From: Tissierellales bacterium
GTDB taxonomy: Bacteria; Bacillota; Clostridia; Tissierellales; JAOAQY01
Direction: 5' to 3'
Assembly (NCBI GenBank): GCA_025210965.1
Contig: JAOAQY010000072.1
Location: 9,837-73,836, forward strand
Length of the DNA stretch: 64,000 bases
A program made the translations under genes and the position numbers. Of this stretch, positions 37,060-48,023 are shown in pieces (the first letter of the stretch is position 1; each line of letters opens with the position of its first letter). Below the pieces are notes generated by a model that searched no databases, was not told where the DNA came from, and saw nothing but the letters and a program-made list of their open reading frames with translations.

Positions 37060-38805
37060 TTAAATTTTCTCTTTTTTTTCATAGTGAGTATGCAACAATT
37101 CGTGAGCTTTATCGCCGTAAGGTTTTCCTAAAAACTCATCATACAATCTCTTTATTTCTTTATTTTCATGTGATTTTCTTATAGTTTTCTTTCTATCTTC
37201 ATCATAAATTGCAGCTTGTCTTTTTTTGAGTATTTCAGTATCTCCATGATGATATGGCTGTCCTCCACCACCTATGCATCCACCAGGGCATGCCATTATT
37301 TCTATTGCATGATACTTAGATTCACCACGCCTTATCTCTTCTAAAAGTTTTCTAGCATTTCCTAATCCATGTGCTATTCCTATACATATGTCTTGATCAC
37401 CGATTTTCACTGTAGCTTCCCTTATACCTTCTATACCTCTTAATTCATTAAATTCAACATCTTTAAGTTCTGTTTTGGTAATCCATTCATAAGCAGTACG
37501 AACAGCAGCTTCAATTACACCACCAGTTGTGCCAAATATAACAGATGCACCTGTACTTTCTCCCATCATTTTGTCAAAATCGCTATCATTTAGATTTTTA
37601 AAATCAACACCAGCTTCGTGTAGCATTTGACCTAATTCTCTTGTTGTTATAACTACATCTACATTGCTCTCTTCATCTTTCGTCAATTCTGGCCTACTAG
37701 CTTCCGCTTTTTTTGCTACACATGGCATAACCGATACCACAATTAAATCTTGCGGATCTATACTCATTTTTTGTGCATAATATGTTTTCGCTATAGCTCC
37801 AAACATTACATGAGGAGATTTGCACGTAGACGGTACATCTAAAAGATCTGGGAACTGATGCTCAAAGAACTTAACCCATGCTGGGCAACAACTTGTAAGC
37901 ATAGGTAATCTTCCTCCATGCTCCAATCTATGAACAAATTCCGATGCCTCTTCCATTATTGTAAGGTCTGCTCCAAAATCAGTATCAAAAACACCATCAA
38001 AACCTAATCTTCTAAGTGCCGTAACCATTTTACCGGTAACTATAGTTCCAGGCTCCATATCAAATAATTCTCCTAGTGCAACCCTTACCGCTGGTGCAGT
38101 CTGAACTATAACATGTTTTCTAGGATTGTTAAGAGCCTCCCATACTTTTACTGTATTATTCACTTCAGTCAATGCTGCCGTAGGACATACTGCGACACAT
38201 TGTCCACAATAGGTACATGATGTGTCTTTCATTGGCAAATTAAATGCCGGTCCTACAAATGTATCAAATCCACGATTCACCGCCGATAGTATATTGCAGG
38301 TTTGTATTTCATTACACATAGTTTCACAGCGTCTACACATTATGCATTTATTGGGATCTTTAACTATGGCATCACTAGATACGTCCTTAGCATAATCCAT
38401 TTTTTCTCCGTCCCACTTAATTTCCCTAACCCCTAGTTCTTGAGCTAGTGCTTGTAAATCACAGTTTAAGTTTTTTGCACAAGTAAAGCATTCGTTTGGA
38501 TGATTTGAAAGAAGCAATTCTACAGCCATACGCCTTCCTTGAATTGCCCTTAGTGTATCAGTTCTAACTACCATTCCTTCTGATACTTTTGTAGCACATG
38601 ATGGTGCTAAATTTGGTCTTCCTTCAACTTCCACAACACACACTCTACAAGTCGCAGGATGGTTTTCTATCTTAAAATCCTCAGATTTTAAGTAACAAAG
38701 TGTCGGAATATGGATATTTAACTGCTTTGCAGCTTCCAATATCGTTGTCCCTTCATCTACTTCTATTTGCATTCCATTTATCATTAGACCGATTTTTTTC
38801 GTCAT
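37060..38805 (-). CDS. hndD: [FeFe]-hydrogenase catalytic subunit (HndD/HydA, M3-type)
   Basis: H-cluster motifs TSCCPAW, MPCVAKKAE and EIMACPGGCIGGGGQP. N-terminal 2Fe-2S and 4Fe-4S Cys motifs. Confidence 0.95.
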   Translation of the reverse strand: MTKKIGLMINGMQIEVDEGTTILEAAKQLNIHIPTLCYLKSEDFKIENHPATCRVCVVEVEGRPNLAPSCATKVSEGMVVRTDTLRAIQGRRMAVELLLSNHPNECFTCAKNLNCDLQALAQELGVREIKWDGEKMDYAKDVSSDAIVKDPNKCIMCRRCETMCNEIQTCNILSAVNRGFDTFVGPAFNLPMKDTSCTYCGQCVAVCPTAALTEVNNTVKVWEALNNPRKHVIVQTAPAVRVALGELFDMEPGTIVTGKMVTALRRLGFDGVFDTDFGADLTIMEEASEFVHRLEHGGRLPMLTSCCPAWVKFFEHQFPDLLDVPSTCKSPHVMFGAIAKTYYAQKMSIDPQDLIVVSVMPCVAKKAEASRPELTKDEESNVDVVITTRELGQMLHEAGVDFKNLNDSDFDKMMGESTGASVIFGTTGGVIEAAVRTAYEWITKTELKDVEFNELRGIEGIREATVKIGDQDICIGIAHGLGNARKLLEEIRRGESKYHAIEIMACPGGCIGGGGQPYHHGDTEILKKRQAAIYDEDRKKTIRKSHENKEIKRLYDEFLGKPYGDKAHELLHTHYEKKEKI

Positions 38806-38816
38806 CTTTCCACCCC

Positions 38817-40604
38817 CTATGGTTTTATTATTGCCCCAAATTTACATGCTTCGTAGCAGGCACCACATTTTATACATTTTGATTGATCTATAATATGAAC
38901 TTCTTTTACCTTTCCCTCTATACATGAAACTGGACATTTTTTTGCACAAGCTGTACATCCTATACATTTATCTGGATTTACCTTGTATTTCACAAGTGCT
39001 TTACATTCATTAGTCCTGCAATGTTTATCAAATATATGTTCTTCATACTCTTCTCTAAAATAATTTATTGTACTGAGCACTGGATTAGGTGCTGTTTGAC
39101 CAAGTCCACAAAGAGCGGTATCTTTAATCATTTTTCCCAATTGTTCTAAATTAGCAATATCATCGGGTCTCCCATGACCTTCAGTTATTCTTTCAAGTAT
39201 CTCATGCATCCTCTTAGTACCGACTCTACAAGGCGTACATTTACCACATGACTCTTCTTGAGTAAAATCCAAATAGAATTTAGCTATATTGACCATGCAG
39301 TCATCTTCATCCATAACTATCATTCCTCCAGATCCCATCATAGAACCTATTTTCTTTAGTTGCTCATAGTCTATAGGTGTATCCAAATCATTCCTTGTTA
39401 TAACTCCTCCAGATGGACCACCTGTTTGAACTGCTTTGAACTTTTTACCATCCTTTATTCCGCCACCTATTTCATATATTATTTCTCTTAATGTAGTTCC
39501 CATAGGAACCTCAACAAGACCTACATTATTTATCTTTCCAGCTAACGCAAAAACTTTTGTACCTTTACTTGTTTCGGTTCCTATAGAGCTGAACCAATCT
39601 GAACCTTTTAATAATATTGGTGGTATATTAGCAAATGTTTCTACATTATTTACGCAAGTTGGTTTTCCTCTATACCCAGAAACTGAAGGATATGGTGGTT
39701 TGTATGTAGGTTCACCCCTATGTCCCTCAACAGAATGAATAAGTGCAGTTTCTTCACCACAAACAAAAGCACCAGCGCCTAATTTTATATCTAAATCAAA
39801 ATCAAATCCCGCACCAAATATATTTTCTCCAAGCATTCCGACCTCTCTTGCTTGATGAATTGCGGTTTCCAGTCTATTTATAGCTAAAGGATATTCCGCT
39901 CTTATATAAATAATCCCTTTATTAGCTCCAATAGCATATCCACCTATAGCCATAGCTTCTATAACGCTGTGTGGATCACCTTCTAAAATACTTCTATCCA
40001 TAAATGCACCAGGGTCGCCCTCATCTGCATTGCAAATAATATATTTTTCATCCCCTGGCGATTTCTTAGTAATTTCCCACTTCAAACCTGTAGGAAATCC
40101 TCCTCCTCCTCGACCTCTTAATCCACTATTCTTTACCTCTTCTATCAGCTCATCTCTGCTCATTTCTAATAGCGCTTTCCCAAGAGCTGCATAGCCATCA
40201 AATGCAATGTATTCTGATATATCTTCCGGATTTACAAGTCCACAATTTCTAAGTGCAATTCTATATTGTTTCTTATAAAACGCCATATCTTTATGCTCTT
40301 CTATAGGTTTGTGCTTTTCAGGTTCTTCATACAATAATCTTTCTACCTTACGACCTTTAACAATATGCTCATTTACTATTTCTTCTACATCACTAGGTTT
40401 GACTTTTACATAAAACACATTATCTGGATGGATTTTTACAATCGGACCTTGTCCACAAAATCCAAAACATCCTGTTTTTATAACTTGAACTTCTTTTTCA
40501 TATCCTATTTTAGCTATTTCTTTTTCAAATAAACTAATAATTAACTCACTCTCTGCTGATATGCACCCTGTTCCTCCGCATACCATTATATTCATTCTAT
40601 ACAT
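38817..40604 (-). CDS. hndC: NuoF-like NAD(P)H/FMN-binding Fe-S subunit of hydrogenase (HndC/HydB)
   Basis: GRGGGGFPTGLKW (FMN/NADH site), an SLBB region, ESCGKCTPCR, and a C-terminal 2x[4Fe-4S] region (CIGCTACAKKCP, CIKCGACYEAC). Confidence 0.95.
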   Translation of the reverse strand: MYRMNIMVCGGTGCISAESELIISLFEKEIAKIGYEKEVQVIKTGCFGFCGQGPIVKIHPDNVFYVKVKPSDVEEIVNEHIVKGRKVERLLYEEPEKHKPIEEHKDMAFYKKQYRIALRNCGLVNPEDISEYIAFDGYAALGKALLEMSRDELIEEVKNSGLRGRGGGGFPTGLKWEITKKSPGDEKYIICNADEGDPGAFMDRSILEGDPHSVIEAMAIGGYAIGANKGIIYIRAEYPLAINRLETAIHQAREVGMLGENIFGAGFDFDLDIKLGAGAFVCGEETALIHSVEGHRGEPTYKPPYPSVSGYRGKPTCVNNVETFANIPPILLKGSDWFSSIGTETSKGTKVFALAGKINNVGLVEVPMGTTLREIIYEIGGGIKDGKKFKAVQTGGPSGGVITRNDLDTPIDYEQLKKIGSMMGSGGMIVMDEDDCMVNIAKFYLDFTQEESCGKCTPCRVGTKRMHEILERITEGHGRPDDIANLEQLGKMIKDTALCGLGQTAPNPVLSTINYFREEYEEHIFDKHCRTNECKALVKYKVNPDKCIGCTACAKKCPVSCIEGKVKEVHIIDQSKCIKCGACYEACKFGAIIKP

Positions 40605-40617
40605 ATTATCCCCCCTA

Positions 40618-41007
40618 TCATGCTCTATTAAATGTATTTATTAGTATTGAGTCTTTGAGTAGGTCTCCTCCAACTATATGTTTTTTTACTATTTCTTTTG
40701 CTTTTTCTTTATCTACCTTTCCATACAAGACAGGCTCTTCTCCTGGTATATTTACTTGAATAACTGGCTCTGAATGACAATATCCCAAACACCCAACTGA
40801 AACAACTTTTATATTTTCTAAACCTTCAGCTTCTATAGCCTCTAACAATCCAGCAAGTGTCTCTCTAGCTCCTGCAGCTATACCACATGTTGCCATCCCA
40901 ACCAATATCTCTACTTGACTACTCCCTTCTCCCGATTCTCTCAGCTTTACTTTTTTCAGATTATCATCTCTTATTTTTTTTAGTTCTTCTAGTGATTTAA
41001 TAGTCAT
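40618..41007 (-). CDS. hndB: Thioredoxin-like [2Fe-2S] ferredoxin subunit (HndB-like)
   Basis: 129 aa with MATCGIAAGA...GCLGYCHSEP cysteines. Confidence 0.8.
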   Translation of the reverse strand: MTIKSLEELKKIRDDNLKKVKLRESGEGSSQVEILVGMATCGIAAGARETLAGLLEAIEAEGLENIKVVSVGCLGYCHSEPVIQVNIPGEEPVLYGKVDKEKAKEIVKKHIVGGDLLKDSILINTFNRA

Positions 41008-41016
41008 AAAATCCCC

Positions 41017-41526
41017 CTATTCCATATATTCGTTCAATATTCTTTCTACATCATCTTCTGTAACATTTCCATAAACCTTATCGTCCACCATAAGTACTGG
41101 AGCCAACCCACATGCTCCTATACACCTTATATTTTTGAGAGTAAAATGAAAATCCTTTGTAGTTTCTCCAACTTTTATATTTAATATATCTTGTATCTTT
41201 TGATTTACCTTATCCGCTCCTCTAACAAAGCATGCCGTTCCCATACAAAGACTTAATCTATGTCTTCCTTCTGGTCTAGTATTAAAATAAGAATAAAAAC
41301 TAACAACTCCAAAAACTTCTGCTCCTGATAAATCTAATTCTTTAGCAATAAATAGTTGTACTTCTCTCGGTAAATAGCCAAATATTTTTTGAGCCTTATG
41401 CAACACCTTTATAAGATTCCCTTCTTTTTCCTCTAATTGATCAATAAATAATTTCAGTTCATCATAATACTCCTTTGGCAAATCGGGTACACTTATCAAT
41501 TGTGCTTGCATATTTTTATCACTCAT
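41017..41526 (-). CDS. hndA: NuoE-like [2Fe-2S] subunit (HndA/HydC)
   Basis: NuoE pattern SLCMGTACFVRG...CIGACGLAPV. Confidence 0.9.
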   Translation of the reverse strand: MSDKNMQAQLISVPDLPKEYYDELKLFIDQLEEKEGNLIKVLHKAQKIFGYLPREVQLFIAKELDLSGAEVFGVVSFYSYFNTRPEGRHRLSLCMGTACFVRGADKVNQKIQDILNIKVGETTKDFHFTLKNIRCIGACGLAPVLMVDDKVYGNVTEDDVERILNEYME

Positions 41527-41707
41527 GAAATCCCTCCTTAATAAATAAATTCATCCTTCTATTCCATACCCTAATTTATTTTTAATTAACTAAAAAAATT
41601 ATCCCAAATAAATAATATTTGAGATAACTATATTTGAAAAATAAAATATATTGCTAAGATAATTTACTATCAAAAGACTATTGTTTTTTCGATAATTAGA
41701 ATAATAT

Positions 41708-41749
41708 GGGTACAAAATTCCAATCAATCTTACATGAAATTTTGTACCC
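41708..41749 (-). terminator. Hairpin after the MCP gene (probable terminator)
   Basis: GGGTACAAAATT...AATTTTGTACCC 12-bp stem. The minus-strand tail is only weakly T-rich. Confidence 0.5.
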
Positions 41750-41781
41750 ATTATTAGTTTTTAATCAAACCTCCAACAACC

Positions 41782-44361
41782 TTAATATTTGCCAAATTCT
41801 GAATCATCAAGATTTATTTCAATATCTGGTTGATTCAAAGGTTCTGCTATATTTTCCACTTGGGCAGGTTTATCATCGTAATTTTGTGTATAATTATTTG
41901 TTGTATTTCTATATACTTTCGCCAATTCGAATTCTGAAACTCTCTCTCTTAACAAAGTAGCCTGCGAATTCATTTCTTCACTTGCCGCTGCCGTTTCTTC
42001 AGATGTAGCAGTATTCATTTGAACTACTTTAGATACTTGTGATACACCTTCGTTAACTTGAGTTATAGCAGATGCCTGTTCATTAGATGCTTTTGCTATT
42101 CCCCCTACTATTTCTGCAGTCTCTCCAACTCCTTCAACAATCTTATTGAGTGATTCAGACGTCTCATTCGCAATCTTCGTTCCTTCATCTACTTTGAGTA
42201 TAGACTCTTCTATTAGTGTTGTAGTTTCTTTAGCCGCATCAGCACTTCGTGCTGCTAAATTTCTGACCTCTTCAGCAACTACTGCAAAGCCTTTACCATG
42301 CTCTCCAGCTCGTGCCGCTTCTACAGCTGCATTTAGTGCAAGTATGTTTGTTTGGAAGGCAATATCATCTATTACTTTTATGATTTTAGAAATATTAGTT
42401 GATGATTCTTTAATGTCTGCCATCGCTCCAACCATTTCTTGCATCTGAACATTACCTTCTGCTGCATCTGTTTTAGATGATACAGACAAATCACTTGCTT
42501 TATTAGCATTTAGAGCATTTTCTTTAGTTTGTTCTGCTATCTCTGTAATACTTGCAGTAATTTGCTCTATACTACTAGCTTGTTCTGTAGATCCTTGAGA
42601 CAATGTTTGGCTAGAATCCGACACTTGTCTAGACGCTGTTGCAACCTGCTCTGCTGCTATATTTATCTCATCTAAAACATCATTTAATTGTGATAATATA
42701 GTATTAAATGCTAATTTTATCTTATTCCAATCACCAGCATAATCTTTAGTTACTTTTTGACTAAAGTCCTTATCTGCCATGTAATTTAGCATCTTAACTA
42801 CATCTTTTATCATTTCTTGTGTTGCAATCATAGAACTATTTAGTGAATTCTTAATTTTTGCATGATCACCTTTATAATCGCCTTTTACTCTGGCTGAAAA
42901 ATCTCCTTTTGCCATTTTTTCGAGTACATCTCCCGCTTCTTCAATAGGTTCAATTACTGCACCTAACATAGTATTTATTCCAGCAATTATTTTTTTGTAT
43001 CCGCCTTCATGTCTTTCTTCATCAGCTCTTGCAGTCAAATCACCTTTAACAGCGCTATCAATTAATTCATTTGTGTCATCGATAATTGCATTGATTTTTT
43101 CTACAGCTGCTTTTAAACCAACATTTAATATATCTTTTTCAGATTTTGGTTTTACTTCTAGTTGTAAATTACCGTGTGACATATTCGTAACTATATCAGC
43201 CTGTTCTCTAATAGATTTAATCATTTCATCGAATGCGTCCCCTAGCATCCCAATTTCATCATTAGAATCTATGTTTACATCAGCTTCTATATCTCCAACA
43301 GCTAACTTTTGAGCTGCTTCAGTTATTTTCTTGACATCTGAAACTATTTTCTTGATTATATATACATTGATTATTACACCAAGAACTATAGCTATTATAA
43401 ATCCTATAATCATAGTGACTATAGCTGAACTTATAGAATTTACCGATGACTGTGCTTTTTCTACTGATAATGTTAAACCAGCATTAGAAATATTTTTTGC
43501 ACTTTCTAGCATAGCATTTCCAGCAGCTCCTCTTTCTTCTTTTAGAGTTAACATTTTAGATTGTATAACTATCATATTCTTTATAGATTCATGATAATTG
43601 TTCATAGAACTCTCTACTTTACTTAATTGATCTAAATTTGCTGACTGACTTGTGTCACTTTTAATCATATTTCCAATTCTATCAATTTCATTAAATTTAT
43701 TTTCTATTCCTTCATAATGAGAAACATCACCAGTCGACTGAGCTTTAAAATTAGCTATTCTAATTTCATTTCCAATATCTAGAACATCATTCATCTCAGC
43801 AATTTTGTCAACTCTTGAAATTAATGCATTAGAAGATTCTGCCACTCTTATCTGCGATTTCAACTTAGTATCTTGACTAGCTAAATAATCATTGACATTC
43901 TTTACAAATAATGCAGCTGAACTATCAGCAACTATTCTAACCTCATCTTTTTGTTCTATAGCATTTTTTGTATCTGCTATGAGCCCTTCATACACTTCTA
44001 AGTTGGTCTCTGCTTGCACAAGCCCTTCTTTCAATTTTACCAAAAGTGGGTATTTTTCTACGAGTGATTTTCCCTGAGCTATATCTTCTTTTGTTAATTC
44101 TATAGCTCTGATAGCATCATCATAATATGCACTTTCTTCAGAATATGCATAATTGCTCATACCATACATGATATCTCTCGTATGACTTTCAAGCGATGTC
44201 GCAATGCGAACCTCTTCTATGTACTCATCCGCCATCCTAATCGAGTCACTCTTTATTCCATTCATGCTTACAAAAACTACACCCATAACAACAGCTATTA
44301 CCAATACCATAATTCCTATTCCCATAGCAATCTTTGTCCCTATTCGCTTGTTCTTTAGCAT
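41782..44361 (-). CDS. Methyl-accepting chemotaxis protein with multiple HAMP-like repeats
   Basis: TM1, an ectodomain of about 300 aa, then TM2. At least four HAMP-like units. Conserved signalling hairpin [37 protein letters not shown]. Confidence 0.92.
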   Translation of the reverse strand: MLKNKRIGTKIAMGIGIMVLVIAVVMGVVFVSMNGIKSDSIRMADEYIEEVRIATSLESHTRDIMYGMSNYAYSEESAYYDDAIRAIELTKEDIAQGKSLVEKYPLLVKLKEGLVQAETNLEVYEGLIADTKNAIEQKDEVRIVADSSAALFVKNVNDYLASQDTKLKSQIRVAESSNALISRVDKIAEMNDVLDIGNEIRIANFKAQSTGDVSHYEGIENKFNEIDRIGNMIKSDTSQSANLDQLSKVESSMNNYHESIKNMIVIQSKMLTLKEERGAAGNAMLESAKNISNAGLTLSVEKAQSSVNSISSAIVTMIIGFIIAIVLGVIINVYIIKKIVSDVKKITEAAQKLAVGDIEADVNIDSNDEIGMLGDAFDEMIKSIREQADIVTNMSHGNLQLEVKPKSEKDILNVGLKAAVEKINAIIDDTNELIDSAVKGDLTARADEERHEGGYKKIIAGINTMLGAVIEPIEEAGDVLEKMAKGDFSARVKGDYKGDHAKIKNSLNSSMIATQEMIKDVVKMLNYMADKDFSQKVTKDYAGDWNKIKLAFNTILSQLNDVLDEINIAAEQVATASRQVSDSSQTLSQGSTEQASSIEQITASITEIAEQTKENALNANKASDLSVSSKTDAAEGNVQMQEMVGAMADIKESSTNISKIIKVIDDIAFQTNILALNAAVEAARAGEHGKGFAVVAEEVRNLAARSADAAKETTTLIEESILKVDEGTKIANETSESLNKIVEGVGETAEIVGGIAKASNEQASAITQVNEGVSQVSKVVQMNTATSEETAAASEEMNSQATLLRERVSEFELAKVYRNTTNNYTQNYDDKPAQVENIAEPLNQPDIEINLDDSEFGKY

Positions 44362-44449
44362 AAGCTCACCATCCTTTTATAATATGAAAATCTCCCCCTC
44401 GCCAATTAATATGTACCCAGCTTTTTTGAATATAACTCAAAATAGAACT

Positions 44450-44487
44450 AAAAAAGTGCGTTGTAAATATCTTACAACGCACTTTTC
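44450..44487 (-). terminator. Intrinsic terminator after the IMPase-family gene
   Basis: AGTGCGTTGTAA-ATATC-TTACAACGCACT, followed by a T-run on the minus strand. Confidence 0.8.
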
Positions 44488-44548
44488 ATCTATATTTCAA
44501 GTGTTTAAAAATCTAAACCCTACAAGACTATTAATTCTATATGAATTT

Positions 44549-45319
44549 TTACCAATTTATTTTCTTTCTAACAATTTCAACTATTTGAGCGTTTCCTACA
44601 ATCAATGAAATATCTCGCTTATTCTCTATATATTGAACTTTTCCACCTGCTTCTTCAATTATTATTTGTCCAGCTGCTACATCCCATTTTTTTATTCCCA
44701 TTTCCCAATAAATATCATATATTCCATGTGCAACTAAGCATAAATCATACGCAGCGCTTCCCAACCTTCTAATACCTCTAACCGCAGGTATCATTTTATT
44801 TATTTCATTTAAATTATTTTCATCGTTTATATGCTTATCATATGGAAAACCCGTCGCAGCCATACATTCTATCAATTCTTTTTTTGCTCCACAACTTATT
44901 CTATTTCCATTACAATACGATCCATTATTTTTTGTAGCCCAATATGTCTCTTTTAAATACGGCATGTGAACTATTCCAGCTATTATATCATTTTTATATT
45001 CAAGCGCTATAGATATTCCAAATATTGGAATTCCGCATGCAAAATTATTTGTTCCATCTAAGGGATCTACTATCCAAGTATAATCGCTACCAGTACCGAT
45101 TGTGCCTGTTTCTTCAGTTAATATATTATGGAGTGGAAAAAACTCTTTTATTTTATCAATAATCATCTTCTCTGATTTTTTATCTACCTCCGTAACCAGA
45201 TCAGTTTGTGTAGATTTTCTGTCTATCTTTAAATTCTTTGATCTGTAGTTATCAAGCTGATATTTAGATACTTCATTCACCATTTCATTCATTCTTTCTA
45301 AAACATAATTTAAATCCAT
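44549..45319 (-). CDS. Inositol monophosphatase family protein (SuhB-like)
   Basis: Motifs WIVDPLDGTNNF and WDVAAGQIIIEEAGG. Start at the second ATG (45319), which has proper RBS spacing. Confidence 0.88.
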   Translation of the reverse strand: MDLNYVLERMNEMVNEVSKYQLDNYRSKNLKIDRKSTQTDLVTEVDKKSEKMIIDKIKEFFPLHNILTEETGTIGTGSDYTWIVDPLDGTNNFACGIPIFGISIALEYKNDIIAGIVHMPYLKETYWATKNNGSYCNGNRISCGAKKELIECMAATGFPYDKHINDENNLNEINKMIPAVRGIRRLGSAAYDLCLVAHGIYDIYWEMGIKKWDVAAGQIIIEEAGGKVQYIENKRDISLIVGNAQIVEIVRKKINW

Positions 45320-45364
45320 TTTCATTCCTCCTATCTATAAATAAAAAGACGCAAATTGCGTCTT

Positions 45365-46402
45365 TTAATGAACTTTAATTTCAGTCCAAATTCTATTATA
45401 ATCTTTAAGTGCTTCTCCTAAATCTATAAACACTTCACTCTTTTTTATTACCGATTCTTCTGGATATGCTCCGGGAATTTCTTTAATTTCCGAATCAAGT
45501 AAATCATATGTTTTGTCATTTGGAGTCGAGTATCCTATATAGTCTACGATTTTCTTGCCGCTTTCAGCTCTCAACAAGAAATCTATAAACAACATAGCTT
45601 CTTCTTTATTTTCAGATTCTTTTGGTATTGCCATAGTATCGAACCACAAATTAGTACCCTCTTTCGGAGTTATATACTTAAGATTAGGATTATTCTCCAT
45701 CATAAACATAGCTTCTCCAGAATATACAACAGCTAATGCAGCCTCTTCGCCAATCATCATGTCCTTGACATTATCCCCTACATACGCTCTCACTAAAGGT
45801 TTTTGCTCTATCAACAAGTTTTTAGCTTCCTCAAGTTCATTTAAGTCAGTTGTATTCATAGAATAACCTAATTTTTTGAGTGCAACCGCCATAGTATCTC
45901 TTAATGAATCATACATCAATATTTCTTTTTTATATGCAGAATCCCACAATACTGACCATGAATCAACGGGCTCTTTAACTGTTTTAGTATTGTATATTAT
46001 ACCAAGTGTTCCCCAAAGATATGGCACTGAGTACTCATTTTCAGGATCAAATGATAATCCCAAAAAATTGCTCCCAACATTTCCAATATTTTCTAATTTT
46101 TTTATATCAATTTTTTCAAGCAAATCTTCTTTCGCCATTCTCTCAACCATGTAATCTGATGGGAATATCAAGTCATAGTTTGCGCCACCTTGCTTTATTT
46201 TATAATACATATCTTCATTCGTTGCATATGTATCATAATTTATTTTCACGCCATACTCTGCTTCAAATTCATCTAGCAACGTTTCATCAATATAATCTCC
46301 AAAATTATATACATTCAATACTCTCTCATCTGAATTTCCACATCCAGTAAAAATAATCAAACTCACAAAAAAAGATAAAATCATTACAAGTTTTTTATTC
46401 AA
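45365..46402 (-). CDS. potD: Spermidine/putrescine ABC transporter substrate-binding lipoprotein
   Basis: Lipobox FTGC. PotD-family length and blocks. Probable TTG start at 46402, 9 nt after GGGGTG. The terminator AAGACGCAAATTGCGTCTT overlaps the stop. Confidence 0.85.
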   Translation of the reverse strand: MNKKLVMILSFFVSLIIFTGCGNSDERVLNVYNFGDYIDETLLDEFEAEYGVKINYDTYATNEDMYYKIKQGGANYDLIFPSDYMVERMAKEDLLEKIDIKKLENIGNVGSNFLGLSFDPENEYSVPYLWGTLGIIYNTKTVKEPVDSWSVLWDSAYKKEILMYDSLRDTMAVALKKLGYSMNTTDLNELEEAKNLLIEQKPLVRAYVGDNVKDMMIGEEAALAVVYSGEAMFMMENNPNLKYITPKEGTNLWFDTMAIPKESENKEEAMLFIDFLLRAESGKKIVDYIGYSTPNDKTYDLLDSEIKEIPGAYPEESVIKKSEVFIDLGEALKDYNRIWTEIKVH

Positions 46403-46418
46403 AAAAATCACCCCTATA

Positions 46419-47201
46419 TTATTTATTTACTCTCTTAACTTTAGTATCCCTAAAGCTAATTATCAATAATAAAAGCAACACCACTATAAACATAAGCGCA
46501 GAAAGGGCATTAATCTTGGGATTTATTCCTCTCTTGGCCATAGAATAGATAACTATGGACAAATTTGTAACTCCCTTCCCAGTCGTAAAAAAGCTAATTA
46601 CAAAATCATCTATTGACATCGTAAATGCTATCAAAAATCCAGTTATAATACCCGGTTTTATTTCTGGAAGCACAATCTTTCTAAGTGCATACATTGGTGT
46701 TGCACCTAAATCTAGTGCTGCCTCTACCATACTTTTTGGCATTTGCCTAAGTCTAGGCAATACAGAAATTATCACAAACGGAATATCAAATGTTATATGT
46801 GACAACAAAAGCGTTAAATATCCAAACTCCATTTTTATTGACTTAAATAAAATCATAATAGCAATTCCAGTTACTATATCCGGATTCAATATAGGCAAAT
46901 TGTTTGCTGTTAGCCAAAACTTTCTAGGCTTCCTTTTCATTTTGTACAATCCCATAGCTGCAAATGTTCCAACTATTGTAGATATAACCGATGCTAAAAC
47001 TGCTATGCTAACAGTATAATACAGCGCTTTCATGATTTGTCTATCATGAAACAACTGCCTATACCAGTCAAATGTAAACCCTGTCCAATGTGCTGTTGTT
47101 TTTTCACTATTAAATGAAAATACAATCAAAACTATTATAGGAGCGTACAAAAATAAAAACATAAGTGCCATATAAAAACGGCTAATTCCTTTTTTTACCA
47201 T
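46419..47201 (-). CDS. potC: Spermidine/putrescine ABC transporter permease
   Basis: Six TM segments. EAA loop VEAALDLGATPMYALRKIVLPEIKPG. Confidence 0.88.
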   Translation of the reverse strand: MVKKGISRFYMALMFLFLYAPIIVLIVFSFNSEKTTAHWTGFTFDWYRQLFHDRQIMKALYYTVSIAVLASVISTIVGTFAAMGLYKMKRKPRKFWLTANNLPILNPDIVTGIAIMILFKSIKMEFGYLTLLLSHITFDIPFVIISVLPRLRQMPKSMVEAALDLGATPMYALRKIVLPEIKPGIITGFLIAFTMSIDDFVISFFTTGKGVTNLSIVIYSMAKRGINPKINALSALMFIVVLLLLLIISFRDTKVKRVNK

Positions 47202-48019
47202 AATACATGCCCACTTTCATCAGTATCATATCTAGTCATTGCTGCCATTGAAATAATTATTACAATCATCATAATAATTGATATTGCAGAGCCAAAATAC
47301 CAGTCGCCAGCCGATTTAAATTGTTGCTCTATTAGATTTCCGACTAACATATACTGTCCTCCACCTAAAAGTGCTGAAATAACAAATGTACTTACCGCAG
47401 GCATAAAAACCATAGTAATACCAGAAATTATTCCTGGTATGCTTAATGGCCATATTATTTTTCTAAATTTAACCCATTTATTTGCTCCCAAATCTTCTGC
47501 TGCCTCTAGCACATTTTTATTCATTTTACTTAAAACCGTATATATGGGTAGTATCATGAATGGAATAAAATTATATATCATTCCAAGCATTACCGCACCA
47601 TCATTAAATAGTAAGTTTAATTCTGGTAAATTAAACGACTTCAAAACTGTATTAATTAGCCCATTTCTACTCAGTATCGCAAGCCATGCATACGTCCTAA
47701 GTAAAAAATTCATCCACATAGGCATTACGAATAAAATTACGGCTATCTTTCTTGTTTTTTCTTTCATCTGTGAAAGTATCCACGCCATAGGATAGCCAAG
47801 TATCAAACAGCATAGAGTAGATAATCCAGCTAATAACAATGACCTTACAAATACTTTCAAATATAATGGTTCAAAAAATCTTGTGTAATTAGACATTGAA
47901 ATTACAATATCCCCGTTTGAGTCAACACTCATCAAACTAAATACTATCACTATAAATAAAGGACATAGTATAAACAAACTACACCAAATAATATATGGAT
48001 ATGCAAAATATTTTCTCAT
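47195..48019 (-). CDS. potB: Spermidine/putrescine ABC transporter permease
   Basis: Six TM segments. EAA loop LEAAEDLGANKWVKFRKIIWPLSIPG. Confidence 0.88.
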   Translation of the reverse strand: MRKYFAYPYIIWCSLFILCPLFIVIVFSLMSVDSNGDIVISMSNYTRFFEPLYLKVFVRSLLLAGLSTLCCLILGYPMAWILSQMKEKTRKIAVILFVMPMWMNFLLRTYAWLAILSRNGLINTVLKSFNLPELNLLFNDGAVMLGMIYNFIPFMILPIYTVLSKMNKNVLEAAEDLGANKWVKFRKIIWPLSIPGIISGITMVFMPAVSTFVISALLGGGQYMLVGNLIEQQFKSAGDWYFGSAISIIMMIVIIISMAAMTRYDTDESGHVLW

Positions 48020-48023
48020 CAGC

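Noticed and set aside
41599-41627. Inverted repeat TTATCCCAAATA-N5-TATTTGAGATAA upstream of the hydrogenase operon, considered as a Rex operator
   Set aside because: It does not match the Rex consensus (TTGTGAA-N6-TTCACAA or the clostridial variant). I keep it only as an unassigned near-palindrome with one mismatch.
44362-44450. Sigma-D (TAAA-N15-GCCGATAT) promoter upstream of the MCP gene
   Set aside because: No convincing match was found by eye.
41782-44608. Multiple plus-strand ORFs (41706-41960, 42146-42448, 42995-43312, 43331-43594, 43892-44077, 44204-44608) antisense to the MCP gene, and similar antisense ORFs inside most large genes in the window
   Set aside because: They are low-complexity, S/I/F/L-rich translations typical of the antisense frame of AT-rich genes. 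They lack RBSs and are fully overlapped by genes with strong motifs.
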